From an uncultured Merdibacter sp. (lineage in GTDB: Bacteria; Bacillota_I; Bacilli_A; Erysipelotrichales; Erysipelotrichaceae), in assembly GCA_965151435.1 (NCBI GenBank), contig CBCTZR010000001.1:5268-69267 (forward strand): 64,000 nucleotides of DNA. Reading direction: 5' to 3'. The position numbers were made by a program, and so were the translations under genes. Position 1 is the first letter of the stretch, and each line of letters starts with the position of its first letter. This document shows positions 47,195 through 57,693 of the stretch, piece by piece. Under the pieces are notes generated by a model, which was given only the letters and a program-made list of their open reading frames with translations, had not been told where the DNA came from and searched no databases.

Positions 47195-49303
47195 TTAGGA
47201 AATTTCCCGAATCATATTTCTCGAACTTATATACGTGACAATAAAATAGACACCATAGATACCCATCAACAAAAAGATCGAAAAGAGAACTCCATCTATC
47301 ATAATTTTTTCTCCCATCATGGACAATATGGTGGAACAAACCTTCAAGCCGAAGATTGAATGGATCAATGCCAGGCACAGTGGTAAACCAAAGAAAAACA
47401 AATGTTGCACAAAGAGGATATGACATAGCTCATCTTTACGTACACCCAACTGATACAACACTTCATAACGGGCCCGCCCATCACTGATGGAAGCTAGCTG
47501 TTTTAAAGCCAGAACGACTGCACTGGATATCAAAAAGACGATGCCGATATACAAACCGATAAAGACGACCATCAGTGAGAGCGTCCAAACATTTGTCTGT
47601 ATTTCGATCTTTGTTGTCAAAGAATAGGTATCTGGCAAAGACCCTGTGGCGATTCCACTGCTATTCCATGCGATGCCAAGCTCCTCCAAAAATGCAATCA
47701 ACGTCTGTTCCGCTTCTTGCTTGCTGATCGTATCTGCTGATCGATAATCAGCAAACAGCCGATGATATTGCAGCTGCTTCCTTTCTAACAGATCATCAGA
47801 GACGATGATGATTCCATTTCCAGTGCGCGATGCGCTCATTTCCACATGGCCATACGTACAGGTAGAGGAAGCTGGTTTCAATACGTGTCCATTGATCTCT
47901 ATCGTCGAATCATTCTGCATTGCCAGTGAACGCAGGGTGATCCACACATCCGTATCTGCCACGATCGCATATTCGTCTTCATCCAATTCCACAGGCGTAC
48001 AACCGAATAAAGTGGCTAAAGCATTGTAATCAGAGCATTTCATAAACATCTCATAAGATTGCAGCTGTATTGTCGGATACTGTTCTTCCACCCAACGTCG
48101 TGTTTGTTCATTCATCGTATCAGCTATGCGTATCATACCCTGTTCGTTGGACGGAATGTAAAAACCCACTTCTAACGTTGAAGAAAAATGAGATGTCACA
48201 TCAAATCCATTCGCTGTAAGCTGATCTAAGATGCTCAAGCGGGAACGCTCGATCTGTCCTTGATCATATGTTCCATCGTCAGGCAATTCCATCGTTTTCG
48301 TAATTGTCAAATCACAGGGCAAATTCTCCTGTAGATTCTTCGTTGTCGATAGATTGACGCTAAATGCACTCGTAAAGATACAGATTGTAAAAAATAGCAG
48401 GATGCAGATGATCGACATCGTAAGGACGGTGGAATGGATCTGAGCATAGATCTCACGCAAAATAAAACTGTTCAACCGATGAAAATAAAACCTTTTCCAC
48501 TTTTGTAACAATCGGAAAACGCCACCGCTCAACGCATAGATGATCAATATTGTCGCAAAGATGCCCATGAGGATCATCCAACCAAGCAAGCTTGGAGAAA
48601 CAAAGACATCCATTCCATGCGTCACCCGATAATAAGCATAAATGAGCATCCAGCTCCCCATGATCAAAACACCGAGATACAACATTAGCGGCCGATGATT
48701 GATCTCCTCATTTTGAAACTGTGCCCGCAACAGTTTTGCCAATGAACTGCGTGTGATCGTAACAGTATGAAACAACATCACACAACCATACATAAATGAA
48801 AAGCAAATGATCGTGATCCCCAAGGCGAACGGAGAAAAAGTAAACAAAAAATTTGACATATCCGCCTCAAACATGCTGACGACGATCAAAGAGAACAACT
48901 GCGATAGGATGATACCCAGTAAGAGACCAAATCCTAAAGAAACGATACCGATCAGCAGCGTTTCAAAAACCAACAACATGGAAATGCGTAATTTTCCCAT
49001 CCCAAGCATCTGGTATAACGCAAATTCTTGTTTTCTGCGTTTTATCAAAAAACGATTGGCATACACGATCAAAAAACAGAAGATCATGGCGACAAAGACA
49101 CTGACGACGATCAATGCGCTGGATAAAACCTCCAAGATATTGGAAGCATCACTCACAAGTGCGTCTGTCACAGTCTGTGAATCCAACGAATTAAACATGT
49201 AAAAAATAGCGACTCCAAACACGAGTGTCAAAAAATAGATCGCATAGTCGCGCATGCTCTTCGCTATATTCTTAAATGCCAATTTACACAACATCGTTCC
49301 CAT
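47195..49303 (-). CDS. BceB-like ABC permease
   Basis: FtsX-like TM blocks with large extracellular loop; KRRKQEFALYQMLGM. Confidence 0.88.
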   Translation of the reverse strand: MGTMLCKLAFKNIAKSMRDYAIYFLTLVFGVAIFYMFNSLDSQTVTDALVSDASNILEVLSSALIVVSVFVAMIFCFLIVYANRFLIKRRKQEFALYQMLGMGKLRISMLLVFETLLIGIVSLGFGLLLGIILSQLFSLIVVSMFEADMSNFLFTFSPFALGITIICFSFMYGCVMLFHTVTITRSSLAKLLRAQFQNEEINHRPLMLYLGVLIMGSWMLIYAYYRVTHGMDVFVSPSLLGWMILMGIFATILIIYALSGGVFRLLQKWKRFYFHRLNSFILREIYAQIHSTVLTMSIICILLFFTICIFTSAFSVNLSTTKNLQENLPCDLTITKTMELPDDGTYDQGQIERSRLSILDQLTANGFDVTSHFSSTLEVGFYIPSNEQGMIRIADTMNEQTRRWVEEQYPTIQLQSYEMFMKCSDYNALATLFGCTPVELDEDEYAIVADTDVWITLRSLAMQNDSTIEINGHVLKPASSTCTYGHVEMSASRTGNGIIIVSDDLLERKQLQYHRLFADYRSADTISKQEAEQTLIAFLEELGIAWNSSGIATGSLPDTYSLTTKIEIQTNVWTLSLMVVFIGLYIGIVFLISSAVVLALKQLASISDGRARYEVLYQLGVRKDELCHILFVQHLFFFGLPLCLALIHSIFGLKVCSTILSMMGEKIMIDGVLFSIFLLMGIYGVYFIVTYISSRNMIREIS

Positions 49304-50051
49304 CGCCCCCTAAAAGACTTTCCACGTCGATGATCCGTCCGAAAAAGCGCTTGCGATCATCATTCCCTCGATAGAATTCATGAAAGACCTTGCCATCTTT
49401 GATGAAGATCACACGCGATGCATAGCTCGCCGTAAACGCATCATGAGTCACCATTAAAATAGTAGAGGAAAGCTGTCCGTGAAGTGCGGAGAAACACTCC
49501 AACAACATACGGGCACTCTTGGAATCTAAAGCGCCGGTAGGCTCATCAGCCAATACCAGCCGGGGTTGTGTGATCATCGCTCGCGCACATGCGACACGCT
49601 GCTTTTGACCGCCAGAGAGCTGATAAGGATATTTGTTCAAACAATCAAGGATTCCTAGTCGTGTGGCCATATCATTAACACGGTCATTGATCTCCCTCGT
49701 TTTTACATGCTGGATCTGCAAAGCTAAAGCGATATTTTCATAAGCATTCATCGTGTCTAACAGATGAAAATCCTGAAAGATAAAACCGAGTTCTTTACGC
49801 CTGTACAAAGTCAAATGATGCCCATGCAAGCGCGTGATGTCTTTCCCGTTGACATAGATATGACCGCTCGTGACGCGTTCAATGCTCGATATGCAGTTTA
49901 ACAGCGTTGTTTTCCCCGATCCGCTAGGACCCATGATTGCGACAAACTCGCCTTTTTGCACACGTAAGGATAATGCATTCAGCGCTTTCGTCAATGAAAA
50001 TGCACTCCCATAATATTTCTCCACCTTATCGACTATCAGCACTTCTTGCAT
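49284..50051 (-). CDS. BceA-like ABC ATPase
   Basis: GPSGSGKTT, LSGGQKQR, ADEPTGALDS. Confidence 0.92.
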   Translation of the reverse strand: MQEVLIVDKVEKYYGSAFSLTKALNALSLRVQKGEFVAIMGPSGSGKTTLLNCISSIERVTSGHIYVNGKDITRLHGHHLTLYRRKELGFIFQDFHLLDTMNAYENIALALQIQHVKTREINDRVNDMATRLGILDCLNKYPYQLSGGQKQRVACARAMITQPRLVLADEPTGALDSKSARMLLECFSALHGQLSSTILMVTHDAFTASYASRVIFIKDGKVFHEFYRGNDDRKRFFGRIIDVESLLGGDGNDVV

Positions 50052-51087
50052 CGCTATCCTCCCTCTTTCCAAATGTCACAACTTGATAATACTCATCTTT
50101 GTAGAAGGTGATCGTGACGACAGTCCCTTCTTTTTCCTTAGAAGTCAACTCGATGGAATGCCCCAATTTTTGACAGAGTTTTTTGCACAGATACAGTCCC
50201 ATCCCCGTGGAGGAAGTAAGGTAACGCCCATTGCTTCCTGTAAACGATTTTTCAAAGACACGTGGTACTTCACTCTGCGCAATTCCGATCCCATTATCTT
50301 TGATGGATAGACGAACTTCTTTCTTGCATTCCTCGATCTCAACACAGATGTGTCCATGTTCTTTTGGACAATACTTGATCGCATTGCTTATGATCTGATT
50401 GATGATGAACTCCAGCCATTTGCTGTCTGTATATACACTTGCTCCGCTAGGCTCAAACACAATGCCGATACCGCCATATAAAAAGGAATCCTTATTTTTC
50501 CGAATAACATTTTGTACGAGTTCATCTAATGAACAGCATTTGATCAAATAGTCTTTTTCGCTATTTTCGCTTCGCGCATAATAAAGCACCTGTTCCACAT
50601 CATCTTCTAAACGCTGGAACTGTTCGCGCAGCTTTTTGTTCACAGCTCCAGGATTGTTATGCAGAATCAACTGTCCAGCAGCAATCGGCAATTTGACCTC
50701 ATGAACCCACAGTTCGATAAAATCTTTAAACTCTTCCATCGATTCCTGATAACTCAAGATGTGTTCGTTCATCGATTTGTCACTTTCATAAAGCACCTGA
50801 TGAAACAATTTACCATCTAGAAAAGATGGCTCCTTCAGCAATTCATGAATCAGATATTTTTGATCTAACTGATCTAGCGTCATAAACAGTTGCCGATAAT
50901 AACGATGCCTCCTTAAAAATTCATAACTGAGGATCAGAACGCCAAAGAAACAAGCAAGCAAAGCAATCGTCCACAAAAGAAGCACATGTACATGAAACAA
51001 GGACAGGATGAATAAAAGGAAGACAAACAATGCCGTATACAACAAGATGCTCAACAAATGATCACTTAAAAACATGCGCAGTTTCAT
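50026..51087 (-). CDS. BceS-like intramembrane-sensing histidine kinase
   Basis: Two close TM helices, WVHEVKLP H-box, NAIKY, DNGIGI, GMGL. Confidence 0.9.
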   Translation of the reverse strand: MKLRMFLSDHLLSILLYTALFVFLLFILSLFHVHVLLLWTIALLACFFGVLILSYEFLRRHRYYRQLFMTLDQLDQKYLIHELLKEPSFLDGKLFHQVLYESDKSMNEHILSYQESMEEFKDFIELWVHEVKLPIAAGQLILHNNPGAVNKKLREQFQRLEDDVEQVLYYARSENSEKDYLIKCCSLDELVQNVIRKNKDSFLYGGIGIVFEPSGASVYTDSKWLEFIINQIISNAIKYCPKEHGHICVEIEECKKEVRLSIKDNGIGIAQSEVPRVFEKSFTGSNGRYLTSSTGMGLYLCKKLCQKLGHSIELTSKEKEGTVVTITFYKDEYYQVVTFGKREDSDARSADSR

Positions 51088-51755
51088 ATTAACAAATACC
51101 CTTGTCCTCGCCTTGTTTCGATCACATCGATCAAGCCGATTTCTTCTAGTTTCTTACGCAGTCTTGTAATATTGACTGTCAACGTATTATCATCGATAAA
51201 CTTGTTCGTATCCCAGAGATAGTCCATCAGTTCATCACGGCTGACAATGCACCCTTTATGTTGTAAGAGATAATGAAAGATCGCCATCTCATTTTTTGAT
51301 AACAATAGCTCTTGTCCTTCTTTTTCAAGCGTGCTTTTGAGAACACTGACAACGACACCGCAGTAGACATCCATCGAATGCTGCTTATGGATCCGTTTAA
51401 AGAGTGCTTCTATATGCAACAACAGCAGCGTAGGGTTGTATGGTTTACAAATGTAATCATCCGCCCCATAGCTCATCGACAACACTTCGTCCACTTCACT
51501 GCTGCGTGAAGTCACCATGATGATCGGTACATCGCTTTTTGCCCGTACTTGTTTCAGCACTTGCTGTCCATTGATGTCCGGGATCATGATATCCAGCAAA
51601 ACGAGATCGACATCCATATGCAAGATCGCATCGACCACATTTGTAAAAGAATGCAAGATTCTTCCTTCATAGCCGTTATTGTCCAATAAGATCTTCAGCT
51701 CTTCCCGCAGGGAAAGATCATCTTCAACGATCAAAATCTTTTTCATCTTTATCAC
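51084..51755 (-). CDS. BceR-like OmpR response regulator
   Basis: ILIVEDD, LLDI, GADDYICKP, DNTLTVNITRLRKKL. Confidence 0.92.
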   Translation of the reverse strand: MIKMKKILIVEDDLSLREELKILLDNNGYEGRILHSFTNVVDAILHMDVDLVLLDIMIPDINGQQVLKQVRAKSDVPIIMVTSRSSEVDEVLSMSYGADDYICKPYNPTLLLLHIEALFKRIHKQHSMDVYCGVVVSVLKSTLEKEGQELLLSKNEMAIFHYLLQHKGCIVSRDELMDYLWDTNKFIDDNTLTVNITRLRKKLEEIGLIDVIETRRGQGYLLI

Positions 51756-51791
51756 CTGTTTCCATTATATCGAAATTATCACAGCTATATC

Positions 51792-51807
51792 CTTACAACG
51801 CTGTAAG
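51792..51807. promoter_or_regulatory. BceR-family binding site
   Basis: Perfect CTTACA-N4-TGTAAG upstream of a TATAAT -10 (51764-51769, - strand). Confidence 0.7.
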
Positions 51808-51834
51808 TTCCAAATAGCTTATGAAAAAAGAGGC

Positions 51835-52092
51835 TCAATGCCCCTGTACCTGATAGTCTTTTAAAGCGCACGCAATCTGATCTGGACAGCTCGTAGGCTT
51901 TGCCCCGCATCGTACACCTTCAAATGCCTGAATCACTTCCTCTATACGCTTGTTTTCCAGCATGCATGAAATCCCTAGCAGATTTCCCGGACAACCACCA
52001 ACGATCGTCACTTTGCGGATCACATCTCCCTCCATCTCAAAACGCATTTCCTTTGAACAGACTCCTTTTGGTCGATATACATAATGTTCCAT
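51835..52092 (-). CDS. TSCPD-domain protein (TIGR03905-like)
   Basis: GVCS, GGCPGN, TSCPDQ. Confidence 0.85.
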   Translation of the reverse strand: MEHYVYRPKGVCSKEMRFEMEGDVIRKVTIVGGCPGNLLGISCMLENKRIEEVIQAFEGVRCGAKPTSCPDQIACALKDYQVQGH

Positions 52093-52093
52093 A

Positions 52094-52594
52094 TTATTCC
52101 TCTCCTTTCAAACGCTGTAAGATCTGTTGCGCAAACATAGCGATGATCAAACCGGTCGGAATGGATAATGCCACCAGGATCGGCAACAGTGCCTGCATGA
52201 AGAACTGTTGATAAATCCACGTGATCACCAAGACCTGACCAACGATATGTGCACAACTTCCTAATACACTGACGCCATAGATGCTGAAACATGCAAAACG
52301 CTTTGCAATGCTCATCACGATCGAACTGAGAAGTACCCCAGCAATCGACAGCCAAAAAGAGGTCGCAAACAGCATGCCAGACAAGATCGACGCAAAGAGG
52401 ACACGTACCATGCCTACGGTAAACAATGCACGTACCCCAAAATAATAAAGTGCAACCAAAGACAGAATATTTGCCAATCCTAACCGAAACCCTGGAATCG
52501 GGATTGGGAGAATAACCATGGATTCGATGAAGTGGAATATGATTGCCAATGCACATAACAATGCAAATAAGGTCATCTTTTGAACAGGTTTCAT
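52094..52594 (-). CDS. Gx transporter / heptaprenyl diphosphate synthase component I family (EetB-like)
   Basis: PIPGFRLGLAN, GVSVLG...HIVGQ. Confidence 0.85.
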   Translation of the reverse strand: MKPVQKMTLFALLCALAIIFHFIESMVILPIPIPGFRLGLANILSLVALYYFGVRALFTVGMVRVLFASILSGMLFATSFWLSIAGVLLSSIVMSIAKRFACFSIYGVSVLGSCAHIVGQVLVITWIYQQFFMQALLPILVALSIPTGLIIAMFAQQILQRLKGEE

Positions 52595-52959
52595 TGTATT
52601 TGGGTGTCGACAGTGCCTTTCTCACTGCCTTCGATGCTGACGACCACCTCATTAGGCAAACAGATGATCGGAGTTGATGGATCACTTACATAACCTTGTA
52701 TGGAACAATAGTGATAGGGGGAATTCTCTTTTTCTACCCGTACCCGCCCTTCATTCACTTCGACGACCACTTCTCCTAATTTTCCATCGACCGTATAGGT
52801 TGCATCTTTCCATAACGAAACACGCAATACCTCTTCATTGCGCACTTGTACGACGACTGCCTCTCCTTGTGAATTTCCATAGGATAGCCATAATGGTATA
52901 TAAAAGAGAATACAGGCAGCCATGATGATCACTATGCATCGTTTATCCGCTCGCTTCAT
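52591..52959 (-). CDS. NusG domain II / DUF1312 protein (EetA-like)
   Basis: N-terminal TM; SPYHYCSIQG...IICLPN. Confidence 0.85.
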   Translation of the reverse strand: MKRADKRCIVIIMAACILFYIPLWLSYGNSQGEAVVVQVRNEEVLRVSLWKDATYTVDGKLGEVVVEVNEGRVRVEKENSPYHYCSIQGYVSDPSTPIICLPNEVVVSIEGSEKGTVDTQIQ

Positions 52960-53060
52960 ATCTGTCCTCCGACGGTATCATTATACGAGATTGTTTTGTT
53001 TTTTCAACCCTTTCTTCCTTCTTGTACATGAAAAAGAAATGCGTATTTTCTTCGCATTTC

Positions 53061-53464
53061 TCATTTTTCTGCATCAGCTTTCGCTTGCTCATACACTTCG
53101 ATGTATTTTTCAATCGAAATCGTACAACCACTCAGCACATCACTGTTTTGCGCCCTGCCTTGTTCATCAAAGGTGATCGCATCACTGCCATGTTCCACTA
53201 AATAATCCTCTAAAAAAGCGATTTGTTCATACCATTCCTTTTGAATACCGCTGTACTTCTTCAAACGTAATTCTCTTTCTTATCTTTTTTTGAAGCTCCT
53301 TGTGTCGTCTCATCGATCGAAACGGATCGAACCTGGTCACCTTCCATCTCAACAATTGCAGAAATCGTTTCACCGTTGACACTTTTCTGTGCTTTTCCAC
53401 TTTGCGTACCTGCGCAGCCGCTCAATAACAAAACGCATGCTAAAGCACTGATCCATTTACGCAT
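53061..53464 (-). pseudogene. FMN-binding lipoprotein split by a single-base frameshift
   Basis: Lipobox LSGC; SKK..KENY then (other frame) LKKYSGIQKEWYEQ...SGCTI. Confidence 0.75.
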
Positions 53465-53537
53465 TCTGGCCACCTCCATTCTCATTAAAAGTGTATCCAT
53501 TTTCCCCTCATGTTAAACAAAAGAAAAGAACGATTTC

Positions 53538-54044
53538 TTATCGCTCTTTTTTATAGGTTTTCGCCAATGAGACATAATGCTGCGCATTCCACAGGATCAT
53601 TTCTTTTTGTTCTGGCCGTAGTTCCCTACAGGAACAAGGAATCCCGATCGCCAAAGAATTCGATGTGATCCGCTTGTGTTCCCCCACCAATGCACCGGCA
53701 GCGATGATACTTCCCGTTTCCACATAAGCACCATTCAACAAAGTTGCCCGCATACCGATCAGCACTTCATCCTCCACCACGGCACCATGAACGATCGCAC
53801 CATGGCCAACGGTTACATTTTCCCCGATGGATACTTCAAATCCTCGATCACAATGCAAGATGCACCCATCCTGAATATTGCTGTTTCTGCCGATGACGAT
53901 TCGTCCGCTATCTCCTCTTAACACACAACCATACCAGATCGATGCACCTTCCTTGATTTCTACGTTTCCAATGATCACGGCATCTTCTGCGATAAATGCG
54001 CTCTTATCTATTTTTGGATAATGTCCCTGGTATTCTTTGATCAT
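53538..54044 (-). CDS. Gamma-carbonic anhydrase family protein
   Basis: Hexapeptide repeats; LRGD, SNIQD..LH, VGH..VHG. Confidence 0.92.
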   Translation of the reverse strand: MIKEYQGHYPKIDKSAFIAEDAVIIGNVEIKEGASIWYGCVLRGDSGRIVIGRNSNIQDGCILHCDRGFEVSIGENVTVGHGAIVHGAVVEDEVLIGMRATLLNGAYVETGSIIAAGALVGEHKRITSNSLAIGIPCSCRELRPEQKEMILWNAQHYVSLAKTYKKER

Positions 54045-54097
54045 ATTGCTGTCTCCTATCTCATGGACATTATACCACCCTGTTCATAAAAAAGATA

Positions 54098-54814
54098 TCA
54101 ATGGTTTTCGCGATGATGCCCTTCCTTACGAAATGCTTTATACAGTTTGAGAAATGCACGTTTTTCAATGCGGGATACATAAGACCTTGAAATCCCCAGC
54201 TCTTGGGCAATCTCTTTCTGTGTCTGTTCTTTTCTGCCATGTAAACCAAAACGCTTTTCAAGAATCAACAATTCCCGATCTTCCAACAAAGGTAAATAAG
54301 ATCTTAATTGTTTTAATTGCTGTTCAAGCTGAATACGTTCTACGACACTTCTTTGCGTCGGAGCAGCAATCGCATCCAACAACGTGATCTCACTGCCATC
54401 TTTTTCATTTGCGATCGGCTCATTTAACGATACTTCTTGAAAATGATTCCGATTCTTTCTCAGATACATCAAAATCTCGTTTTCAATGCAGCGTGAAGCA
54501 TACGTCGTCAGCTTCTTTCCCAATTGAGGTTGAAACGAATCAATAGCTTTGATCAGCCCAATCGTACCAATGCTGATGAGATCATCACTCTGTGTCTTTT
54601 TGATATCGTATTTTTTTACGATATGTGCGACCAATCGCAGATTATGCTCAATCAATTGTTCTCTTGCATGAGGATCCTTTTGTTGCAGAAGGGCAATACA
54701 GCGTTCCTCTTCTTCCTTAGAGAGTGGTTTGGCAAAGCTTTGTGAACGAATATAGCCGGTGAAATAAAACATGGATGCCAATGCTTCCATTAAAAGTGTA
54801 AACAAATTGATCAC
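54098..54814 (-). CDS. sigK: Sporulation sigma factor K (pro-sigma-K)
   Basis: Hydrophobic pro-sequence; LIEHNLRLVAHIVKKY; ISRSYVSRIEKRA. Confidence 0.9.
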   Translation of the reverse strand: MINLFTLLMEALASMFYFTGYIRSQSFAKPLSKEEEERCIALLQQKDPHAREQLIEHNLRLVAHIVKKYDIKKTQSDDLISIGTIGLIKAIDSFQPQLGKKLTTYASRCIENEILMYLRKNRNHFQEVSLNEPIANEKDGSEITLLDAIAAPTQRSVVERIQLEQQLKQLRSYLPLLEDRELLILEKRFGLHGRKEQTQKEIAQELGISRSYVSRIEKRAFLKLYKAFRKEGHHRENH

Positions 54815-55008
54815 CTGTTCCCAATCTATGTCGTGAACATCCTATTTATGTAACAGGATATTGAAAGATGTTTACATCTTTCAGTAAAACTTTCATTTTT
54901 TTATGCCATATGAGTTTTTCTGATGAAATCATTTAAAAATATTTGATTTTCTTTTCTTTTTTGTTAAGATAGAATAGTATTTATGTCCGAAAAAAAAGAG
55001 GTGACCTT

Positions 55009-55542
55009 ATGAAAACCAAATTATTTGCCGCTCTTCTCTTCGGAGCTTCCCTTGTATTCGCGTGCAGCGATCCATCGGCTGACGCAATCAATGAAACGAT
55101 TCAAGAAAATAATGAAAAGATCAGCGAGAATGCGGAAAAGAACACTGCCATCGAGACGACACATTCTTTAGATGAAGCGGTTGCCCTTCTTGCAAGAGAA
55201 TGGGACGTCAAGGAACCGCATACCCTGCCAGATGGTTACTCGCTGATGGACTATTATGTCTATGACAAAGATATGATCGAGATACGCTACAGCGATGCAA
55301 ATGATCACCATGAGCTCTATTATCGCACGAGTACAAGAGAAGACGATATCAGCGGAAATACCAATCCATATACTAATGAAGAAGAGCTCTCTTCTTCCTC
55401 CATCTCGAAGATTTTGGTTCGTGGCAGTGATGAGGTTTGGATGGTCGCATCGTGGAAAGAAGACGATATCACCTATTCCATCACGTGTGAAGACGGTTTA
55501 ACTGAAGATGTATTGCTCACGATGATCGATTCCATTCATTAA
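55009..55542 (+). CDS. Putative lipoprotein (DUF4367-like)
   Basis: Signal peptide with VFAC lipobox; LPDGY...DISG...W.EDDITYSI. Confidence 0.7.
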   Translation: MKTKLFAALLFGASLVFACSDPSADAINETIQENNEKISENAEKNTAIETTHSLDEAVALLAREWDVKEPHTLPDGYSLMDYYVYDKDMIEIRYSDANDHHELYYRTSTREDDISGNTNPYTNEEELSSSSISKILVRGSDEVWMVASWKEDDITYSITCEDGLTEDVLLTMIDSIH

Positions 55543-55627
55543 ACTTTTTCCTGTTTGAACAGAAAAAAGAGAATGATGAATGATACATACCCTGTCAAGC
55601 AGACAGATGAAACAGCTAAGATTTACC

Positions 55628-55664
55628 GAAACCCAAGCCATTGATAGGACTTGGGTTTTCTTTT
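55628..55664 (+). terminator. Intrinsic terminator
   Basis: AAACCCAAG...CTTGGGTTT followed by T-rich run. Confidence 0.6.
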
Positions 55665-55861
55665 GTTCTATCTTTATCCACTCAGAAGCAGTGTCACTGC
55701 CCAATTTTTCATGTCAAATGTACCATGATCTTTACAGGTTTCCGCTTCATCTGGATGTTTTATTCTTTTCACCATAAAAAAATCCCGCTTCCATGGGCAA
55801 CGCCTCTGTAACGTTGCGTTGTCTGCTTTAGCGGGATTGTATCAAAATTATCGGCTCTTCT

Positions 55862-56926
55862 TTAGTCTCTTAAAAAGGGCTGATACTGTAGATCAAAAGA
55901 AATCTTTTCTTTCAGATCAGCTAATACGATCGCAAATGCATCGATATCAAAAATCGCCAAATCGATATACGAATACTTTGTACCTATTGCTCCTCCGATC
56001 GTTTTGGCTATTGCCAGAGGCTGTAGCATCTCATTGAGTTTTTTCTCCATCGTTTGACGTATCAATGCGTTCTTTTCATCCTCATAGGGATTCTCATAAT
56101 AGAGATAGCCATATTCCCCACCCTTATCACGAAAATCGACACAGGAATCATAATTATCGGCAAGCAATTCCTCTTGCAATAACGCATTGGTCGTAAGGAT
56201 CAGCTTCATATCTTTACGCAGAGAATCATCATTTCGCTCTTCATTGATCTTATAAACCATATAGATATTCGTCGGATCATGGTATTCCAACCACTCTTGA
56301 TCAATGACGATATCACATACATCTTCATAAAAATTAGGAAGCAGACAAAAGTTTTCACTGTTATGCAAAGGCTCATCAATAGGCTGTATACTGGCAATAC
56401 GTGCTTCAAGTTCCAATTCACCGATAAACAATTCCATCATATACGCGGCCATTTCCCGTTTACGTTCTTCATCCGCAATATCGCGAAATCCTGGACAATA
56501 CATATCGACATGCAAACAATGATTGGTCTCATCAATCGTATAGAAGACCGTAAAATCCGCTCCTGTATAAACTTGATCCTTGATGCGTAAAACGGCATTC
56601 TTCGCTTTTGACGAATACGGCGGTAACCAGCTGTTGATGATCCAATCTTCCACCAATTCTTTAGGTGCACACTGACGTAATAACTCGCATATATATTGAA
56701 CTGTTTTGTTTGGTCCAGTATCGAATGTCATTTCAAAAAAGCCGTCTTCGCTATATTCAATCAACGCTTTACAACCACATACCGATTCCAATCGTACATT
56801 CAATTCGCGAATCAGATCCTCACTGCGCGCTTCATCCTGCGTACGCAGGGCTTCTTCTAATTCCTTGCGATCTTGTAAAAAGATGCGCCAAAAATTTTGT
56901 ACCCGATGTTTACAATTCACAAACAT
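55862..56926 (-). CDS. Conserved hypothetical protein
   Basis: 354 aa acidic ORF with GAGG RBS; no family recognised. Confidence 0.75.
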   Translation of the reverse strand: MFVNCKHRVQNFWRIFLQDRKELEEALRTQDEARSEDLIRELNVRLESVCGCKALIEYSEDGFFEMTFDTGPNKTVQYICELLRQCAPKELVEDWIINSWLPPYSSKAKNAVLRIKDQVYTGADFTVFYTIDETNHCLHVDMYCPGFRDIADEERKREMAAYMMELFIGELELEARIASIQPIDEPLHNSENFCLLPNFYEDVCDIVIDQEWLEYHDPTNIYMVYKINEERNDDSLRKDMKLILTTNALLQEELLADNYDSCVDFRDKGGEYGYLYYENPYEDEKNALIRQTMEKKLNEMLQPLAIAKTIGGAIGTKYSYIDLAIFDIDAFAIVLADLKEKISFDLQYQPFLRD

Positions 56927-56964
56927 CCCTCATTTCCATTTCGTCCCTCATTATAGCATGTTGC

Positions 56965-57693
56965 CTACGTATTCACCAACTCCTTTTTCAGCTTCTCAAG
57001 CACTTTTCGCTCCAATCGGGAAACTTGTACTTGGGATACGTGCAATCGCTTTGCGATCTCTTCTTGTTTCATTCCCAAGTCATAACGATAGTGTAATAAC
57101 AACTGTTCACGCAAAGGCAGACGAGCGATCTCTTGAATCAAGGATAAACGCAGAACCACATCGCTTTGCCGATCATCGGCAACCTTATCTTCTAATACGA
57201 TCGGTGAACCGTCATTTTCATAGATTACTTCATCAAAAGAAAGCGTAAACTGATTTGCTTCAAACGCCAATATGACATCGGCGACCTCTAGTTGACAAGC
57301 AGCCGCAATTTCCTCATAGCTAACTTCCCTTCCATATATCTGTTGCAGATGCTCTCGCTCTTTCACCATTGTCAGATAATTCTCTTTGATTGAACGCGAG
57401 ATCCGCACACTGCCATCATCACGAAAAAAACGTTTGATCTCCCCCAGTATGATCGGTACTGCATAGGTGGAAAATTTCACCTGGTATTGGAGATCAAAAT
57501 GATTCAATGCCTTCATCAATCCCACACAACCAATCTGCACCAATTCTTCAAAAGGTATACGAGTGGAGACAAAGCGTTTTGCCAATGCATACACCAATGG
57601 TTGATTTCGTTGTACAAAAACATCCTTAGCTTCTTTGGAACCATGCTGAATCGCTTCGATCAGCGCTTCATTGCTTAATTCTTCCAGTTTCAC
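56965..57693 (-). CDS. sigF: Sporulation sigma factor F
   Basis: KFSTYAVPIILGEIKRFFRDDG, VSQVQVSRLE; third gene of spoIIA operon. Confidence 0.92.
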   Translation of the reverse strand: MKLEELSNEALIEAIQHGSKEAKDVFVQRNQPLVYALAKRFVSTRIPFEELVQIGCVGLMKALNHFDLQYQVKFSTYAVPIILGEIKRFFRDDGSVRISRSIKENYLTMVKEREHLQQIYGREVSYEEIAAACQLEVADVILAFEANQFTLSFDEVIYENDGSPIVLEDKVADDRQSDVVLRLSLIQEIARLPLREQLLLHYRYDLGMKQEEIAKRLHVSQVQVSRLERKVLEKLKKELVNT

